Notes: generated from the letters alone by a model not told the origin. A stretch of 64,000 nucleotides of DNA from Thermostichus sp. DRC_bins_24 (GCA_039794845.1 JAUQVK010000077.1:1-64000), one strand, 5' to 3'; shown: positions 38,189 to 48,581, counted from the first letter of the stretch. A program made the numbers and translations.

Positions 38189-39241
38189 ATGGCTTCCGTT
38201 CCCTCCTCCTCCCCCCAGGCCGTCAAACGGGATCCCAAAATCCAGCGAGATCTCGGCTTGGGTGTAGGGGTGCTGGGATCCGTCGTGCTGATCGGCACCC
38301 TTTGGTATCACTGGGTGGAGCAGTGGCCCTGGGTAGAAGCTCTCTACATGACGGTCATCACCCTGACTACGGTTGGCTTCATGGAGGTAGAGCCGCTGGG
38401 GAATCGAGGGCGATTGTTTACGGTGGCCCTGATCCTGATGGGGGTGTTGAGCATCGGGTTTATGGTGAATCGCTTTACGGAAACCTTGATCCAGGGGCAT
38501 TTTCAGGAGGGGATCCGACGGCGCAAGCGGAGAAAGCAAATGGAAGCACTGGCCAATCACTACCTGATCTGCGGTTTCGGTCGCATTGGGCGACAGGTGG
38601 CTCAGGAATTTCAGTCGGAAGGGATCCCGTTTTTGGTGATCGATCAGGCTGCTGACCCGGTTCACGCCGCCCAAGAACTGGGGTATGTGGCTCTGCAGGC
38701 GGATATTACCCTGGATGCCACCCTGCTCGAGGCGCGGGTGCAACAGGCAGAGGGGTTGATCGCCGCCCTACCTTCGGATGCGGAGAATTTGTATGTGGTC
38801 TTGTCTGCCCGTACCCTGAATCCTCGCATTCGCACCATTGCCCGCGCCAACACGGAAGAGGCTCTGCAAAAATTACAACGAGCGGGTGTCACCCATGCCA
38901 TTTCTCCCTACATTACCGGGGGCAAACGCATGGCCGCTGCTGCTTTACGTCCGCGGGCGGTGGATTTTGTCGATGGCATCCTTTCCGGTCGGGATCGCAC
39001 CTTTTATCTGGAGGAGTATGAGCTGGCGGCGCAGGAATGTCCTTATGTGGGCCAAACCTTGCAGAAAGCGGACCTGCGGGCTCGCTCTGGGGCGTTGGTG
39101 GTGGCGATTCGGCGAGCGGATGGCCAGTTAATCGGTGGCCCCAGCGGCGAAACCCTGCTGCAACCGGGGGATCTGCTGCTGTGTATGGGCACCTCCGATC
39201 AATTGCGGCGGCTGGGCCAGTTGCTTTACCCTCGCCCCTGA
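38189..39241 (+). CDS. 2-TM potassium channel-like protein with RCK (TrkA-N/TrkA-C) domains
   Basis: Pore helix ALYMTVITLTTVGF, Rossmann motif ICGFGRIG and a C-terminal TrkA-C. Confidence 0.9.
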   Translation: MASVPSSSPQAVKRDPKIQRDLGLGVGVLGSVVLIGTLWYHWVEQWPWVEALYMTVITLTTVGFMEVEPLGNRGRLFTVALILMGVLSIGFMVNRFTETLIQGHFQEGIRRRKRRKQMEALANHYLICGFGRIGRQVAQEFQSEGIPFLVIDQAADPVHAAQELGYVALQADITLDATLLEARVQQAEGLIAALPSDAENLYVVLSARTLNPRIRTIARANTEEALQKLQRAGVTHAISPYITGGKRMAAAALRPRAVDFVDGILSGRDRTFYLEEYELAAQECPYVGQTLQKADLRARSGALVVAIRRADGQLIGGPSGETLLQPGDLLLCMGTSDQLRRLGQLLYPRP

Positions 39242-39283
39242 GGGATCCCGGTTTTCCCCGCTACGGTTAATTTCTATTCCTGC

Positions 39284-40093
39284 ATGGTTCCTGAACTGCT
39301 CACCAGCCCCAAAAACCCCTGGATCCGGCAGTTGCGCCAGCTTCACCGCAGCAAAGGTCGGCAAGAACAGGGCTCCTTTTTGGTGGAGGGATCCCATTTG
39401 ATCGAAGCAGCCCTGCAGACCGGCTGGCCCCTCCAGGCCCTCTGCTACACCCCCGATTGGGCCAAACGCCATCCCCACTTGCTGGCGAATTTACCCGAAA
39501 CGCTGCGTCAACAACCGGTTAGCCCGGAGGTGATGGCGGCGCTCTGTACCACCGAAACCCCAGAAGGCGGAGTTGCCGTGGCTGCCAGCCAAGGGATCCC
39601 CCCCCTTACGCCGGCTGGGGTGCGTCTGGGCCTTGTGCTCGAAACGGTGCAGGATCCGGGCAATTTGGGATCCCTGATTCGGGTGGTGGCTGCCAGCGGT
39701 GCCGATGGGCTGTGGCTGAGCGAAGACAGTGTGGATCCCCAAAATCCGAAGGTGCTACGGGCCTCGGCAGGCCAGTGGTTTCGTCGTCCGCCCCAGGTAC
39801 TGCCGGATTTACCCGCCTGGATCCAATCCTGTCGTCGTCAGGGGATCCGTGTGTTGGCCGCCACCCTCTCTCAAACCGGCACTTGTTACTGGGATCACGA
39901 CCTCACCCAGCCGACGCTATTCCTCTTGGGCAATGAGGGGGCTGGCCTCAGCCGGGAGGTGATCCAACAGGCGGATGCGCAGGTGTGGATCCCGATGGTC
40001 GCCGGAGTGGAATCTTTGAATGTAGCCATGACCGGAGGTCTGCTCCTCTACGAAGCCCTCAGGCAACGGCGAGCGCAAGCAGCAGCCGTTTAG
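39284..40093 (+). CDS. TrmH/SpoU family RNA methyltransferase
   Basis: VQDPGNLGSLIR, LGNEGAG and ESLNVA motifs. Confidence 0.92.
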   Translation: MVPELLTSPKNPWIRQLRQLHRSKGRQEQGSFLVEGSHLIEAALQTGWPLQALCYTPDWAKRHPHLLANLPETLRQQPVSPEVMAALCTTETPEGGVAVAASQGIPPLTPAGVRLGLVLETVQDPGNLGSLIRVVAASGADGLWLSEDSVDPQNPKVLRASAGQWFRRPPQVLPDLPAWIQSCRRQGIRVLAATLSQTGTCYWDHDLTQPTLFLLGNEGAGLSREVIQQADAQVWIPMVAGVESLNVAMTGGLLLYEALRQRRAQAAAV

Positions 40094-40094
40094 C

Positions 40095-41222
40095 TCAAAA
40101 CTCCTCATCCTCAAAAGTTGTGATGCTGTTGTCCTCCTCGTCCCCATCTTCCATGGGGGCAGGTTGATTGGCAGAAACCGCCACTCCCGAAGACAGTTTT
40201 TCCCGCACAGCCCCTTCTACCTCCGCCAAAATCTCGGCATTCTCCTTCAGGTAAGCAACCAGATTGTCCCGACCTTGGGCGACATTTTCATCTTTGTAGC
40301 TGTACCACGAGCCGCGCCGTTTGAGGATGCCCATCTCCTCCGCCAGATCGATAATGCAGCCGATGTTGGAGATGCCTTGACCGAAGATGATGTCGAATTC
40401 TGCCCGCCGGAAGGGGGGAGCAACCTTGTTTTTCACCACCTTCACCCGTGCCCGGATCCCGTACTCATCCGTGCCTTTTTTCAGGGTTTGAACGCGACGA
40501 ATATCCAACCGCACCGACGCATAAAACTTAAGGGCATTGCCACCGGTGGTGGTCTCTTGAGGACCATAGCCTATCCCGCCAATTTTGGAGCGCAGTTGGT
40601 TTAGGAAAACCACGATACACCCGGTTTTGCTGACATTCCCGGCGATCTTGCGCAACGCTTGGCTCATGAGGCGGGCCTGCAACCCCACATGGGCATCCCC
40701 CATGTCCCCCTCGATTTCAGCGCGGGGAACCAGCGCCGCCACCGAATCCACCACCACGATATCCACCGCAGCAGAGCGCACCAGCTGATCGACAATTTCC
40801 AGCCCAGCCTCTCCCGTATCCGGCTGCGAGATCAACAGGTTTTGGATATCTACCCCCAAGGCTGCCGCGTAGGTGGGATCCAAGGCATGTTCCGCATCCA
40901 CAAAAGCGGCTGTTCCCCCCTGTTTTTGCACCTCGGCAATCGCGTGTAGCGCAATCGAGGTTTTCCCGGAAGATTCTGGCCCAAACACTTCGATGATTCG
41001 CCCTTTCGGGTACCCGCCGCCCAGGGCCAAATCCAGGGTGATGGCCCCACTGGGTACGGTCTCCACCCGCATCTGAGCGGCGTCCCCCAGGCGCATGATC
41101 GCCCCTTTGCCGAAGTTGCGCTCGATCTGGCCCAGTACCTGTTCTAGGGCTTTGCGTTTCTCGGACTTCAACTTGTCGGGGTCGTCGGTGGTATTCACGG
41201 CAGCGGCTTTGCCTCGGGCCAT
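40095..41222 (-). CDS. recA: Recombinase RecA
   Basis: [28 protein letters not shown] and [10 protein letters not shown] motifs. Confidence 0.98.
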   Translation of the reverse strand: MARGKAAAVNTTDDPDKLKSEKRKALEQVLGQIERNFGKGAIMRLGDAAQMRVETVPSGAITLDLALGGGYPKGRIIEVFGPESSGKTSIALHAIAEVQKQGGTAAFVDAEHALDPTYAAALGVDIQNLLISQPDTGEAGLEIVDQLVRSAAVDIVVVDSVAALVPRAEIEGDMGDAHVGLQARLMSQALRKIAGNVSKTGCIVVFLNQLRSKIGGIGYGPQETTTGGNALKFYASVRLDIRRVQTLKKGTDEYGIRARVKVVKNKVAPPFRRAEFDIIFGQGISNIGCIIDLAEEMGILKRRGSWYSYKDENVAQGRDNLVAYLKENAEILAEVEGAVREKLSSGVAVSANQPAPMEDGDEEDNSITTFEDEEF

Positions 41223-41322
41223 AACCGGCATCCTGGGGTAGGGGTGACAAAAAATCGAGCTTGCATTCTAACATTGTCATCTACGGGTGAGCGGATCCCG
41301 GTCGTTCCCCTCAGTTTGCTTT

Positions 41323-41429
41323 TATAGTCACTCCAAATAAGAACGATACACTTTTTGACTCCCCTCTCCTGCTCTGGGAGAGGGGCTGGGGTTGAAGGAG
41401 CTGTTTCAGCCCCAATTGCAATGACTATA
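41323..41429 (+). mobile_element. MITE family A copy (complete, short form) in the recA/lgt divergent region
   Basis: Imperfect 16-bp TIR TATAGTCACTCCAAAT / AATTGCAATGACTATA with TA at both ends and an internal hairpin. Confidence 0.8.
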
Positions 41430-41518
41430 GGACTGTAGAGAAAGGCGCTTACAAAAGGGATGGGTTGGGTTCATCGGAGGATAGAGTGAGCTAGAAGGGC
41501 CTGTTCAGGATTGGTGCT

Positions 41519-42361
41519 GTGTTCATAACTTTGGTGTTGCGCTCCCCTGGCCCGATTGTGTTCTCTTGGGGGCCCTTGAGCCTGCGTTGGTATGGCGCGT
41601 TGATTGGCCTGGCGATAGTGCTGGGTTTGCTGCTGGCCCGCCATTTGGCGGCTCGGCGTGGCATTTCACCCGATTACATGCTGGATTTGCTGGGGTGGTT
41701 GGTGGTTGGATCCCTGCCTTTGGCCCGCCTTTACTATGTGGTGTTTGAATGGGATCGCTACCGAGATGGCCCTTGGTGGCAGATCCTCGCCCTTTGGCAG
41801 GGGGGCCTTGCCATTCATGGGGCCTTGATCGGGGGCAGTGTGGCCCTCTACCTTTTTGTGCGGCGACATCGACTGAACTTTTGGTCGTTGGCAGACTGCC
41901 TTGTTCCTTCTGTTATCCTCGGTCAGGCGATCGGGCGCTGGGGCAACTTTTTCAACAACGAAGCCTATGGAGAGGTTTTGGGCCCGAACAGTCCCTTGTG
42001 GATCCAACTGCAACTTCCTGATGGATCCCGCGTTCACCCCACCTTTTTGTACGAATCACTCTGGAACTTCGGCCTTTTCGGGATTTTGATCTTCCTGAGT
42101 TATCGGCGCAATCCCCCGCCGGGTAGTCTGTTGGGCCTTTACTTGCTGGGATACAGCCTGGGGCGTTTCTGGATTGAAGGGCTGCGTACCGATAGCCTCA
42201 TGCTCGGGCCCTTGCGAGTGGCTCAAGCGGTGAGTTTGTTGTTGATCGGGGTGGGTGGGCTGCTGCTGGTGGGATCCCTCAAGCGCACCGCTGATCCCCC
42301 TGCACCCCTTCCTTTGAAGGATCCTGGCGAGTTCCCAACCGAGGCTGACCATGCCGAGTGA
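41519..42361 (+). CDS. lgt: Prolipoprotein diacylglyceryl transferase
   Basis: LRWYG, WQGGLAIHG, GQAIGRWGNFFN.EAYG and HPTFLYES motifs. Confidence 0.95.
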   Translation: MFITLVLRSPGPIVFSWGPLSLRWYGALIGLAIVLGLLLARHLAARRGISPDYMLDLLGWLVVGSLPLARLYYVVFEWDRYRDGPWWQILALWQGGLAIHGALIGGSVALYLFVRRHRLNFWSLADCLVPSVILGQAIGRWGNFFNNEAYGEVLGPNSPLWIQLQLPDGSRVHPTFLYESLWNFGLFGILIFLSYRRNPPPGSLLGLYLLGYSLGRFWIEGLRTDSLMLGPLRVAQAVSLLLIGVGGLLLVGSLKRTADPPAPLPLKDPGEFPTEADHAE

Positions 42362-42884
42362 AGCCGTTTGGGCTGAGGCATCTTCTTTGGTGTTGCCCTC
42401 TGCTGCGGCTACCCAATCGCTGGCGGCTCTGATCGGGCAAAGGGCAGAGCCGGGCTTGGTGATTCTTTTGGAAGGCAATCTGGGCAGTGGCAAAACCACC
42501 TTTGTGCAGGGGTTGGGGCAGGGCTTAGGGATCCCCGAGCCGATTGACAGCCCCACCTTTGTCCTGGTGCAGGAATATCACACGGGTCGGATCCCTCTTT
42601 TTCACTGCGATCTCTACCGTCTCGAGTCTGCTGCCACCGAAGATCTGGGCCTGGAAGAACTCTGGAACAGGGATGGGATCACCGCCATCGAGTGGTCCCA
42701 ATATCTCTCGGATTTGCCTACTGCTTATCTTTGGCTCCACCTAAAGCCGCATCCTCACCCTGAGGGATCCCGTCTATTGCAGGTCAGGGGTCAGGGATCC
42801 CAACCCGCCCAACTTTGGCAACAAGTGCTCTCCCAATTGGCTCGGCAAAATCCCCCGGAAAAGGGGATCCGATTGATTTCCTAA
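42351..42884 (+). CDS. tsaE: tRNA t6A biosynthesis ATPase TsaE
   Basis: GNLGSGKT, SPTF, HCDLYRL and IEW motifs. Confidence 0.93.
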   Translation: MPSEAVWAEASSLVLPSAAATQSLAALIGQRAEPGLVILLEGNLGSGKTTFVQGLGQGLGIPEPIDSPTFVLVQEYHTGRIPLFHCDLYRLESAATEDLGLEELWNRDGITAIEWSQYLSDLPTAYLWLHLKPHPHPEGSRLLQVRGQGSQPAQLWQQVLSQLARQNPPEKGIRLIS

Positions 42885-42941
42885 AATAGGGGCTTCGGAT
42901 CGGATCCCGAGTTTTCAAGTTTTCATGGGCTGGCAGTCAAC

Positions 42942-43060
42942 TGACATCCTCCCCGCACATGAATGAGGGGGGCCTGAACTGCCATTGTTTGAGTTTGTCC
43001 GTCCATAGGGTAAGAGAATCTCCCTGTATACCCGCTAGGGTTGCTGGGAGAGGATGTCAA
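42942..43060 (+). mobile_element. Non-autonomous IS200/IS605-type mini-element (PATE-like)
   Basis: TGACATCCTCCCC left end with a hairpin. Right end is GAAT-CTCCC..ACCC.GGGT..GGGAG-AGGATG-TCAA. No ORF. Confidence 0.65.
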
Positions 43061-43062
43061 AT

Positions 43063-44331
43063 TCAAAGGGTCTCCCCTGCAGTTAGAGTAGTCAAAACAG
43101 CCTCTAGGGCGAGGCGCCCATGGCAAAGGTGGGTTCCCCCCTGCAAATAGACCGTGTAGGGATCCCGCATCGGCCCATCGGCAGAAAGCTCGGCACTGCT
43201 CCCGGCAATAAAGGTGCCTGCTGCCATCACCACGGGGTCGGCATAACCGGGCATCACCTCAGGAATCGGGGTGAGATAAGCCTCCACAGGGGAACTCCGT
43301 TGAATGGCCCGGCAGAAGGCTTCTAACTTTTGAGGGGATCCCAGCTGAATGGCTTGAATGATGTCGGTACGGGGAGTTTGCGGCAAAGGAGAGACAGGGT
43401 AGCCCAAATCTTGAAACACCTGGGCAGCCAAGTGGGCGATTTTGACCGCTTCAGCCACCATTTGTGGGGCCAAAAATAACCCCTGGAACAGGAGCCGATT
43501 GAGATCAAAGGTTGCCCCCCCTTCAGAGCCAATGCCCGGAGCCGTTAACCGACAGGCCGCCTGCTCCACCAGCTCCGCCCGCCCTGCCACATACCCCCCG
43601 GCAGGAACGAGGGTACCGCCTGGGTTTTTGATCAGGGATCCGGCGATCAGATCGGCACCCACATGGGTTGGCTCTTGGGATTCCACAAATTCGCCATAAC
43701 AGTTATCGACAAAAACCACCACCTCTGGGTTTTGAGCTTTGACGATTTGGATCATCTCGGCAATTTGGGCAACCGAAAAGCTGGGGCGCCAATCGTAGCC
43801 ACAAGAGCGCTGAATATGCACCAGACGGGTTTGCGGCTGTAGAGCAGTTTTTAGCCCTTGCCAATCCACCGCACCCTCTTGTAAGTCCAACTGGCGATAG
43901 GCAATGCCAAACTCCCGCAGGGATCCCCGTCCAGACCCCCGCAAGCCGATCACCTCCTCGAGGGTGTCGTAGGGGGGGCCGGTAATCGCCAGCATCTCAT
44001 CCCCCGGGCGCAGCACCCCAAACAGGGCACAGGCAATAGCATGGGTTCCAGAAACCATCTGCACCCGCACCGCCGCCGCCTCACAGCCCATAATCTGAGC
44101 AAATACCCGATCCAACACCTGCCGCCCCAAGTCGTCGTGGCCATAGCCAGAAACCCCGGCAAAGTGATGGGATCCCACCTGTTGGGCACGAAAGGCCGCC
44201 AACACCCGCGCCAAGTTCTGCCGTAAGGTCTCCTCGACCCCGCGAAAGCGCTCCTGCAGGGCAGCTTCTGCCTTGTCCAAATACTCCACCGGCTTCAATG
44301 AGGATCCCTCCGCGCCAAAAATCCACCCCAT
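43063..44331 (-). CDS. YnbB/aluminium-resistance family PLP enzyme (methionine gamma-lyase family)
   Basis: SGYGHDDLGR, VSGTHAI, VDNCYGEF and GSLIKNPGG motifs. Confidence 0.9.
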   Translation of the reverse strand: MGWIFGAEGSSLKPVEYLDKAEAALQERFRGVEETLRQNLARVLAAFRAQQVGSHHFAGVSGYGHDDLGRQVLDRVFAQIMGCEAAAVRVQMVSGTHAIACALFGVLRPGDEMLAITGPPYDTLEEVIGLRGSGRGSLREFGIAYRQLDLQEGAVDWQGLKTALQPQTRLVHIQRSCGYDWRPSFSVAQIAEMIQIVKAQNPEVVVFVDNCYGEFVESQEPTHVGADLIAGSLIKNPGGTLVPAGGYVAGRAELVEQAACRLTAPGIGSEGGATFDLNRLLFQGLFLAPQMVAEAVKIAHLAAQVFQDLGYPVSPLPQTPRTDIIQAIQLGSPQKLEAFCRAIQRSSPVEAYLTPIPEVMPGYADPVVMAAGTFIAGSSAELSADGPMRDPYTVYLQGGTHLCHGRLALEAVLTTLTAGETL

Positions 44332-45031
44332 CTTTCCCACACAAAGCTGGTTTTTGAAGGTAGCACTTCTGCCATCCCAAATGAGGTCAAAAACAGACTT
44401 GTCAGACCTACAGCCGCAAGCGATAATACCCTTCAAATCGGGATCTCTCTTCTTGATAAAAACCTTAATTTAACTCAATACTCCTACACTTTTCCTACTG
44501 AGCGCTACCCGCATCGGGTATAGCTGAGCTGTATAATGGTATCAAGATAACATCAAGATCTATGGGGAACTAAGGAGAAGATCAGGTCGTTTGAGCTGTG
44601 GATAGTTGGCTATAAATTCAGTTATTCTCTATACCTCAGAGCTGTATTGAGCAGAATAGGTCTGCCTATATTTTTGATGATTAATTTGCTTTTTTGGGTC
44701 AATCTTTGGGTATTGAATCTATAGCCCTAAATCTAGGGGAACCTTTTGCAACAAGGAGGTTGCACCAATTCAAGACCTCCTAAAGGTTAAGACAGCCTAA
44801 AGTTATCCTTAATCTCCAGCAGGGATCCCTGGGAGAGATGTTAATTTAGATTTAACCCAAGAGGTTAGTGTCACTCCAACAAGTCGATCTTCTCACTATG
44901 TGACCTCGTTTTTCGCAAGTTGCAGGGCTGAGATTGCCCATGAACTGGGGTCGTTCTCCAGATCCAGAGGGATCCCTTGTGGGGGTGAAGCGCTAACTCA
45001 GGTGTAAACCGATATGACTGGGAGAGTCCCC

Positions 45032-45607
45032 ATGACTAAGCTTGTGATCCAAGGGAAAAACGTCGATATCACCGACTCCATCCGGAGCTACGTTCAGGAA
45101 AAGATCGACCGTGCCGTCAGTCATTTTGCCCAGATCACCAGTGAAGTTGATGTCAACTTGTCTGTAGCCCGCAACCCCCGTATCAGTGCCAGCCAATCTG
45201 CCGAAGTCACCCTCTACGCCAATGGCACGGTCATTCGGGCAGAGGAAAGCAGCGAAAATCTCTACGCCAGCATCGATCGCGTCGCCGACAAGCTGGCTCG
45301 CAAGTTGCGCAAGTACAAAGAGCGCAATGGTGTACATCGCACCCGCCACACCCCCAAAACCTCTGTGGCGGTGGCCCAACAGCCCGTTACTGACCCTTTG
45401 AATACCGAGCGGCAGGCAGAGTTGCCCTCGGAAGTGGTGCGCACCAAGTATTTCGCCATGCCTCCCATGACGGTTCAGGAAGCCCTGCATCAGTTGGAGT
45501 TGGTGGATCACGATTTCTTTGTTTTCCGCAATAGCGAAAACGACGAGATCAACGTCATCTATGTGCGCAACCACGGTGGTTTTGGCCTGATCCGCCCCCA
45601 CCGTTGA
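45032..45607 (+). CDS. hpf: Long ribosome hibernation promoting factor (LrtA)
   Basis: [24 protein letters not shown] and [11 protein letters not shown]...HDFFVF motifs. Confidence 0.95.
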   Translation: MTKLVIQGKNVDITDSIRSYVQEKIDRAVSHFAQITSEVDVNLSVARNPRISASQSAEVTLYANGTVIRAEESSENLYASIDRVADKLARKLRKYKERNGVHRTRHTPKTSVAVAQQPVTDPLNTERQAELPSEVVRTKYFAMPPMTVQEALHQLELVDHDFFVFRNSENDEINVIYVRNHGGFGLIRPHR

Positions 45608-45609
45608 AG

Positions 45610-46314
45610 ATGCCCGGCAAGCCAACCGGGGCCAGCGGCGCCTTTTACCTGCTGCTGCAACTTACCGATTCTGCCTTGCCGATTGGGGCCTATTCCCACT
45701 CTTGGGGCTTGGAAACTGCTGTGCAGGCAGGATGGCTTCGGGATCGGGCGGAGGTGCAGCAGTACCTGCTGGGGGTTTTGCACATGAGCTTGGCTCCCTT
45801 TGAGGGTAGAGCCTGTGGCTTGGCCTATCGTCTCGCGCAATCGGGATCCCCGCTGGGACTCAGGGAACTGCACCAGCACATGCAAGCGACCCGGTGGGCT
45901 GCCGAACCGCGCCAGGCCAGTTTGGATCTGGGCAAACGCCTGGCTCAGCTGGCAGGACGCACCTGGGGGATCCCGGTTCCTAACCCCGATGGAGAGCCGC
46001 TGCATCATCCTTTGGTGTTCGGCTGGATCGGTGCCCATGGGGGAATGGGGTTGGAAGATACCCTGCGCGCCTACCTGTTCTCCTCCCTAACAGGGTGGGT
46101 ATCGGCGGCGGTGCGCTTGGTGCCTCTGGGGCATACGGAGGGGCAGAGCCTGCTGGCTCAGTTGCACGCGCCTATCGAGGCAGCACTGCAACAAGAGATT
46201 CTGCCCAAAATGGGGGATCCCTTCAGTTCTCCCGCTCTGGCCAGCTTTGCCCCCCTGCAAGAGCGAGATGCTCAGGCCCATCAACAGCTGTATTCCCGTC
46301 TCTTTCAATCCTGA
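45610..46314 (+). CDS. ureF: Urease accessory protein UreF
   Basis: LQLTDSALPIGAYSHSWGLE, AAVRLVPLG and C-terminal YSRLFQS motifs. Confidence 0.92.
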   Translation: MPGKPTGASGAFYLLLQLTDSALPIGAYSHSWGLETAVQAGWLRDRAEVQQYLLGVLHMSLAPFEGRACGLAYRLAQSGSPLGLRELHQHMQATRWAAEPRQASLDLGKRLAQLAGRTWGIPVPNPDGEPLHHPLVFGWIGAHGGMGLEDTLRAYLFSSLTGWVSAAVRLVPLGHTEGQSLLAQLHAPIEAALQQEILPKMGDPFSSPALASFAPLQERDAQAHQQLYSRLFQS

Positions 46315-46348
46315 GCCTTAACTTTTCCATACTTAGACTTATTTGACT

Positions 46349-46469
46349 TACAGCCCTTACGCGGGTTTTCTACGGCAGGGCTTGTGCTTCTTTAGCCCTA
46401 GGGGGTGGACCTCAACTTCCACGGTTGTTGGATGTGATTGTGTTGGATGTGATTGGCACAAGGGCTGTA
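46349..46469 (+). mobile_element. MITE family B copy
   Basis: Perfect 10-bp TIR TACAGCCCTT / AAGGGCTGTA; interior similar to 51066-51173. Confidence 0.8.
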
Positions 46470-46655
46470 TCTACCCGGTTATGGGCTCCACAAATTACCC
46501 CCACAGATAGTCAAACCATCATGTCGATGAGCCAATGCCCTGACCAGCCGGCCAAGCTGGAGTAAGGAATGATGTGAAATGAGTGCTGCTGGGATCCCCT
46601 CCCATGGGCAAGCTAATGTTAAAGAATGTAACAGAGGGGGATCAAGAGGGGGATC

Positions 46656-47141
46656 ATGGTTAAGCGTGTGAGGCTGGATCCAATTGCCCAGGTGTCCGAG
46701 ATCGAAACCAACAGCAATCTGCTCTCGGTGCTCCTGCAGGAAGAGCTGAATGTCCTGAAAGAATGTGGTGGGCGTGGCCTTTGTGCCACCTGCCATGTGT
46801 ATGTGAAGGAGGGAATGGGATCCCTGTCTGCCGTGAGCAAGCGTGAACAACGCACCCTGGAGGTGATCACCACCTGCAAGCCCAATTCTCGACTGGCCTG
46901 CCAAGCCCGTGTGCTGGGGGAGGGGGTGGTGGTGGAACTGCCTGCAGGGATGTATATCAATGCCTTTAAGGATATTGAAGCGTTGATCGGTCGGCGAGCT
47001 GAACAACCGCTGTTGCACCCTGTTACCGGCGTAACCCTGGTGCAGGAAGGTAAGCTGATTACACGCTCGGTGCTGGAATCGGTAAAAGGACTGGATTTCG
47101 ATATTCAACAAACCCTTGCCCAGAGCAGTCAGGAGTTTTGA
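46656..47141 (+). CDS. 2Fe-2S ferredoxin-domain protein with a C-terminal extension
   Basis: CGGRGLCATCHV...SRLACQ cluster motif. Confidence 0.88.
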   Translation: MVKRVRLDPIAQVSEIETNSNLLSVLLQEELNVLKECGGRGLCATCHVYVKEGMGSLSAVSKREQRTLEVITTCKPNSRLACQARVLGEGVVVELPAGMYINAFKDIEALIGRRAEQPLLHPVTGVTLVQEGKLITRSVLESVKGLDFDIQQTLAQSSQEF

Positions 47142-47153
47142 GCGCCTCTCCTT

Positions 47154-48581
47154 ATGACCGTTCGTGTTAGCGGGACGAAGTCCTTTGTGTTTCTCGGTAT
47201 CGACTTGGGCACCTCCGGCATGCGGGTGGTGGCCCTCTCGGAACAGGGGGAGAGGGTAGGCAAAGCAGAGCGCCCCTGGGATCCTCCTGAGACCAATCCC
47301 GGCCGCTGGTTACGCACCCTGAAAGCTCTTTTGGGGCAACTGACCTCGCAACTGGGGGATGGGTACTCCATCGCTGCCCTGAGCGCCTGTAGCACCTCCG
47401 GCACCGTTCTACCTGTGGATGGTCGCGGCATGCCCTTAGAACAGGCGTGGCTGTATTCCGACCCGAGGGGGCAGGCACAAGCCAAACAATTGGGGATCCC
47501 CAGCAGTTGGGGCCTCAGCCGTTGGTTGTGGTGGGCAGAATCCTATCCTGAGCGTTACCGAGAAAGTTACCTGGCCCATCCGGCGGATTTTTTGCTGGGG
47601 CAATTGGGGGGGCGCAAAGGGGTGACGGATCACACCCATGCCCTGAAAAGTGGCTTTGATCTGGAAACCTACACCTGGCCCAAAGCATGGTTGTCGCAGC
47701 AGGGCTTAAATCCAAAGCATTTCCCCGAGGTGGTGGCACCGGGAACGGTTTTGGGAACGGTGGGATCCGAGTGGGGCTTGGGGCCAGAGGTGCTGATCGC
47801 GGCTGGGATCACCGATGGCTGTGCCGGACAATTGGCGGCAGGGGCTACCCGCTTGGGGCAGGTTTCCACCAGTTTGGGCACAACATTAATTTTCAAGGCC
47901 AACAGCCCTGATTCCGTTCAAACCCAGAATATTTACTCCCATCTGCACCCCGATAAAACCGGTTGGTGGCCGGGGGCGGCTTCCTTTTGCGGGGGCGGGG
48001 TTTTGCCCCACTATTTTCCGGTCGGCGACTTTCAGGCCTTGGATCACCAGGCGCAGGCCCACCTTCCCACTGGGCTGGTCAGTTATCCCCTTTGGCAACC
48101 CGGAGAGCGGTTTCCCATCGTCGATGCCCGGTTTGCCGGGTTCTTGCCCGAGGCCGACGTGGGATCCCCTCGTTTTTACGCCGCCCTGCTGGAGGGGGTC
48201 GCCATGGTGGAACGGCTGGGCCTAGAAACCTTGCTTGCCCAAGGGATCCCGCTGCAAGAGCCAATTTTCACAACCGGTGGCGGCAGCAAAAGCCCCCTCT
48301 GGTTACGCCTACGCGCCAGCATTCTTCGTCGCCCCCTCGCCTTGGTAAAATACCCCGAACCGGCTATAGGGGCAGCTATTTTGGCGGCATCTGCCCACTG
48401 GTGCTGTTCTGTCCAACAAGCGGCAGAGCGACTGGTGCAAGTTGAGCGCTCCATTCAACCTGAACCGGAATGGGTGGAACCTTACGCAGAGTCCTACGCA
48501 GCCTTTCAAGCCCGCCTTAAAAGCCTATCTTACAGCCCTTTACGCCCAGGGCACACCGGCGTGTCCGCCGGTCACGTGTAA
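47154..48581 (+). CDS. FGGY family carbohydrate kinase
   Basis: LGIDLGTSG, AGITDGCA, TSLGTT and TTGGGS motifs. Confidence 0.9.
   Translation: MTVRVSGTKSFVFLGIDLGTSGMRVVALSEQGERVGKAERPWDPPETNPGRWLRTLKALLGQLTSQLGDGYSIAALSACSTSGTVLPVDGRGMPLEQAWLYSDPRGQAQAKQLGIPSSWGLSRWLWWAESYPERYRESYLAHPADFLLGQLGGRKGVTDHTHALKSGFDLETYTWPKAWLSQQGLNPKHFPEVVAPGTVLGTVGSEWGLGPEVLIAAGITDGCAGQLAAGATRLGQVSTSLGTTLIFKANSPDSVQTQNIYSHLHPDKTGWWPGAASFCGGGVLPHYFPVGDFQALDHQAQAHLPTGLVSYPLWQPGERFPIVDARFAGFLPEADVGSPRFYAALLEGVAMVERLGLETLLAQGIPLQEPIFTTGGGSKSPLWLRLRASILRRPLALVKYPEPAIGAAILAASAHWCCSVQQAAERLVQVERSIQPEPEWVEPYAESYAAFQARLKSLSYSPLRPGHTGVSAGHV

Noticed and set aside
40095..41222. Intein or LexA box associated with recA
   Set aside because: RecA is of normal length, and I saw no convincing cyanobacterial LexA box upstream.
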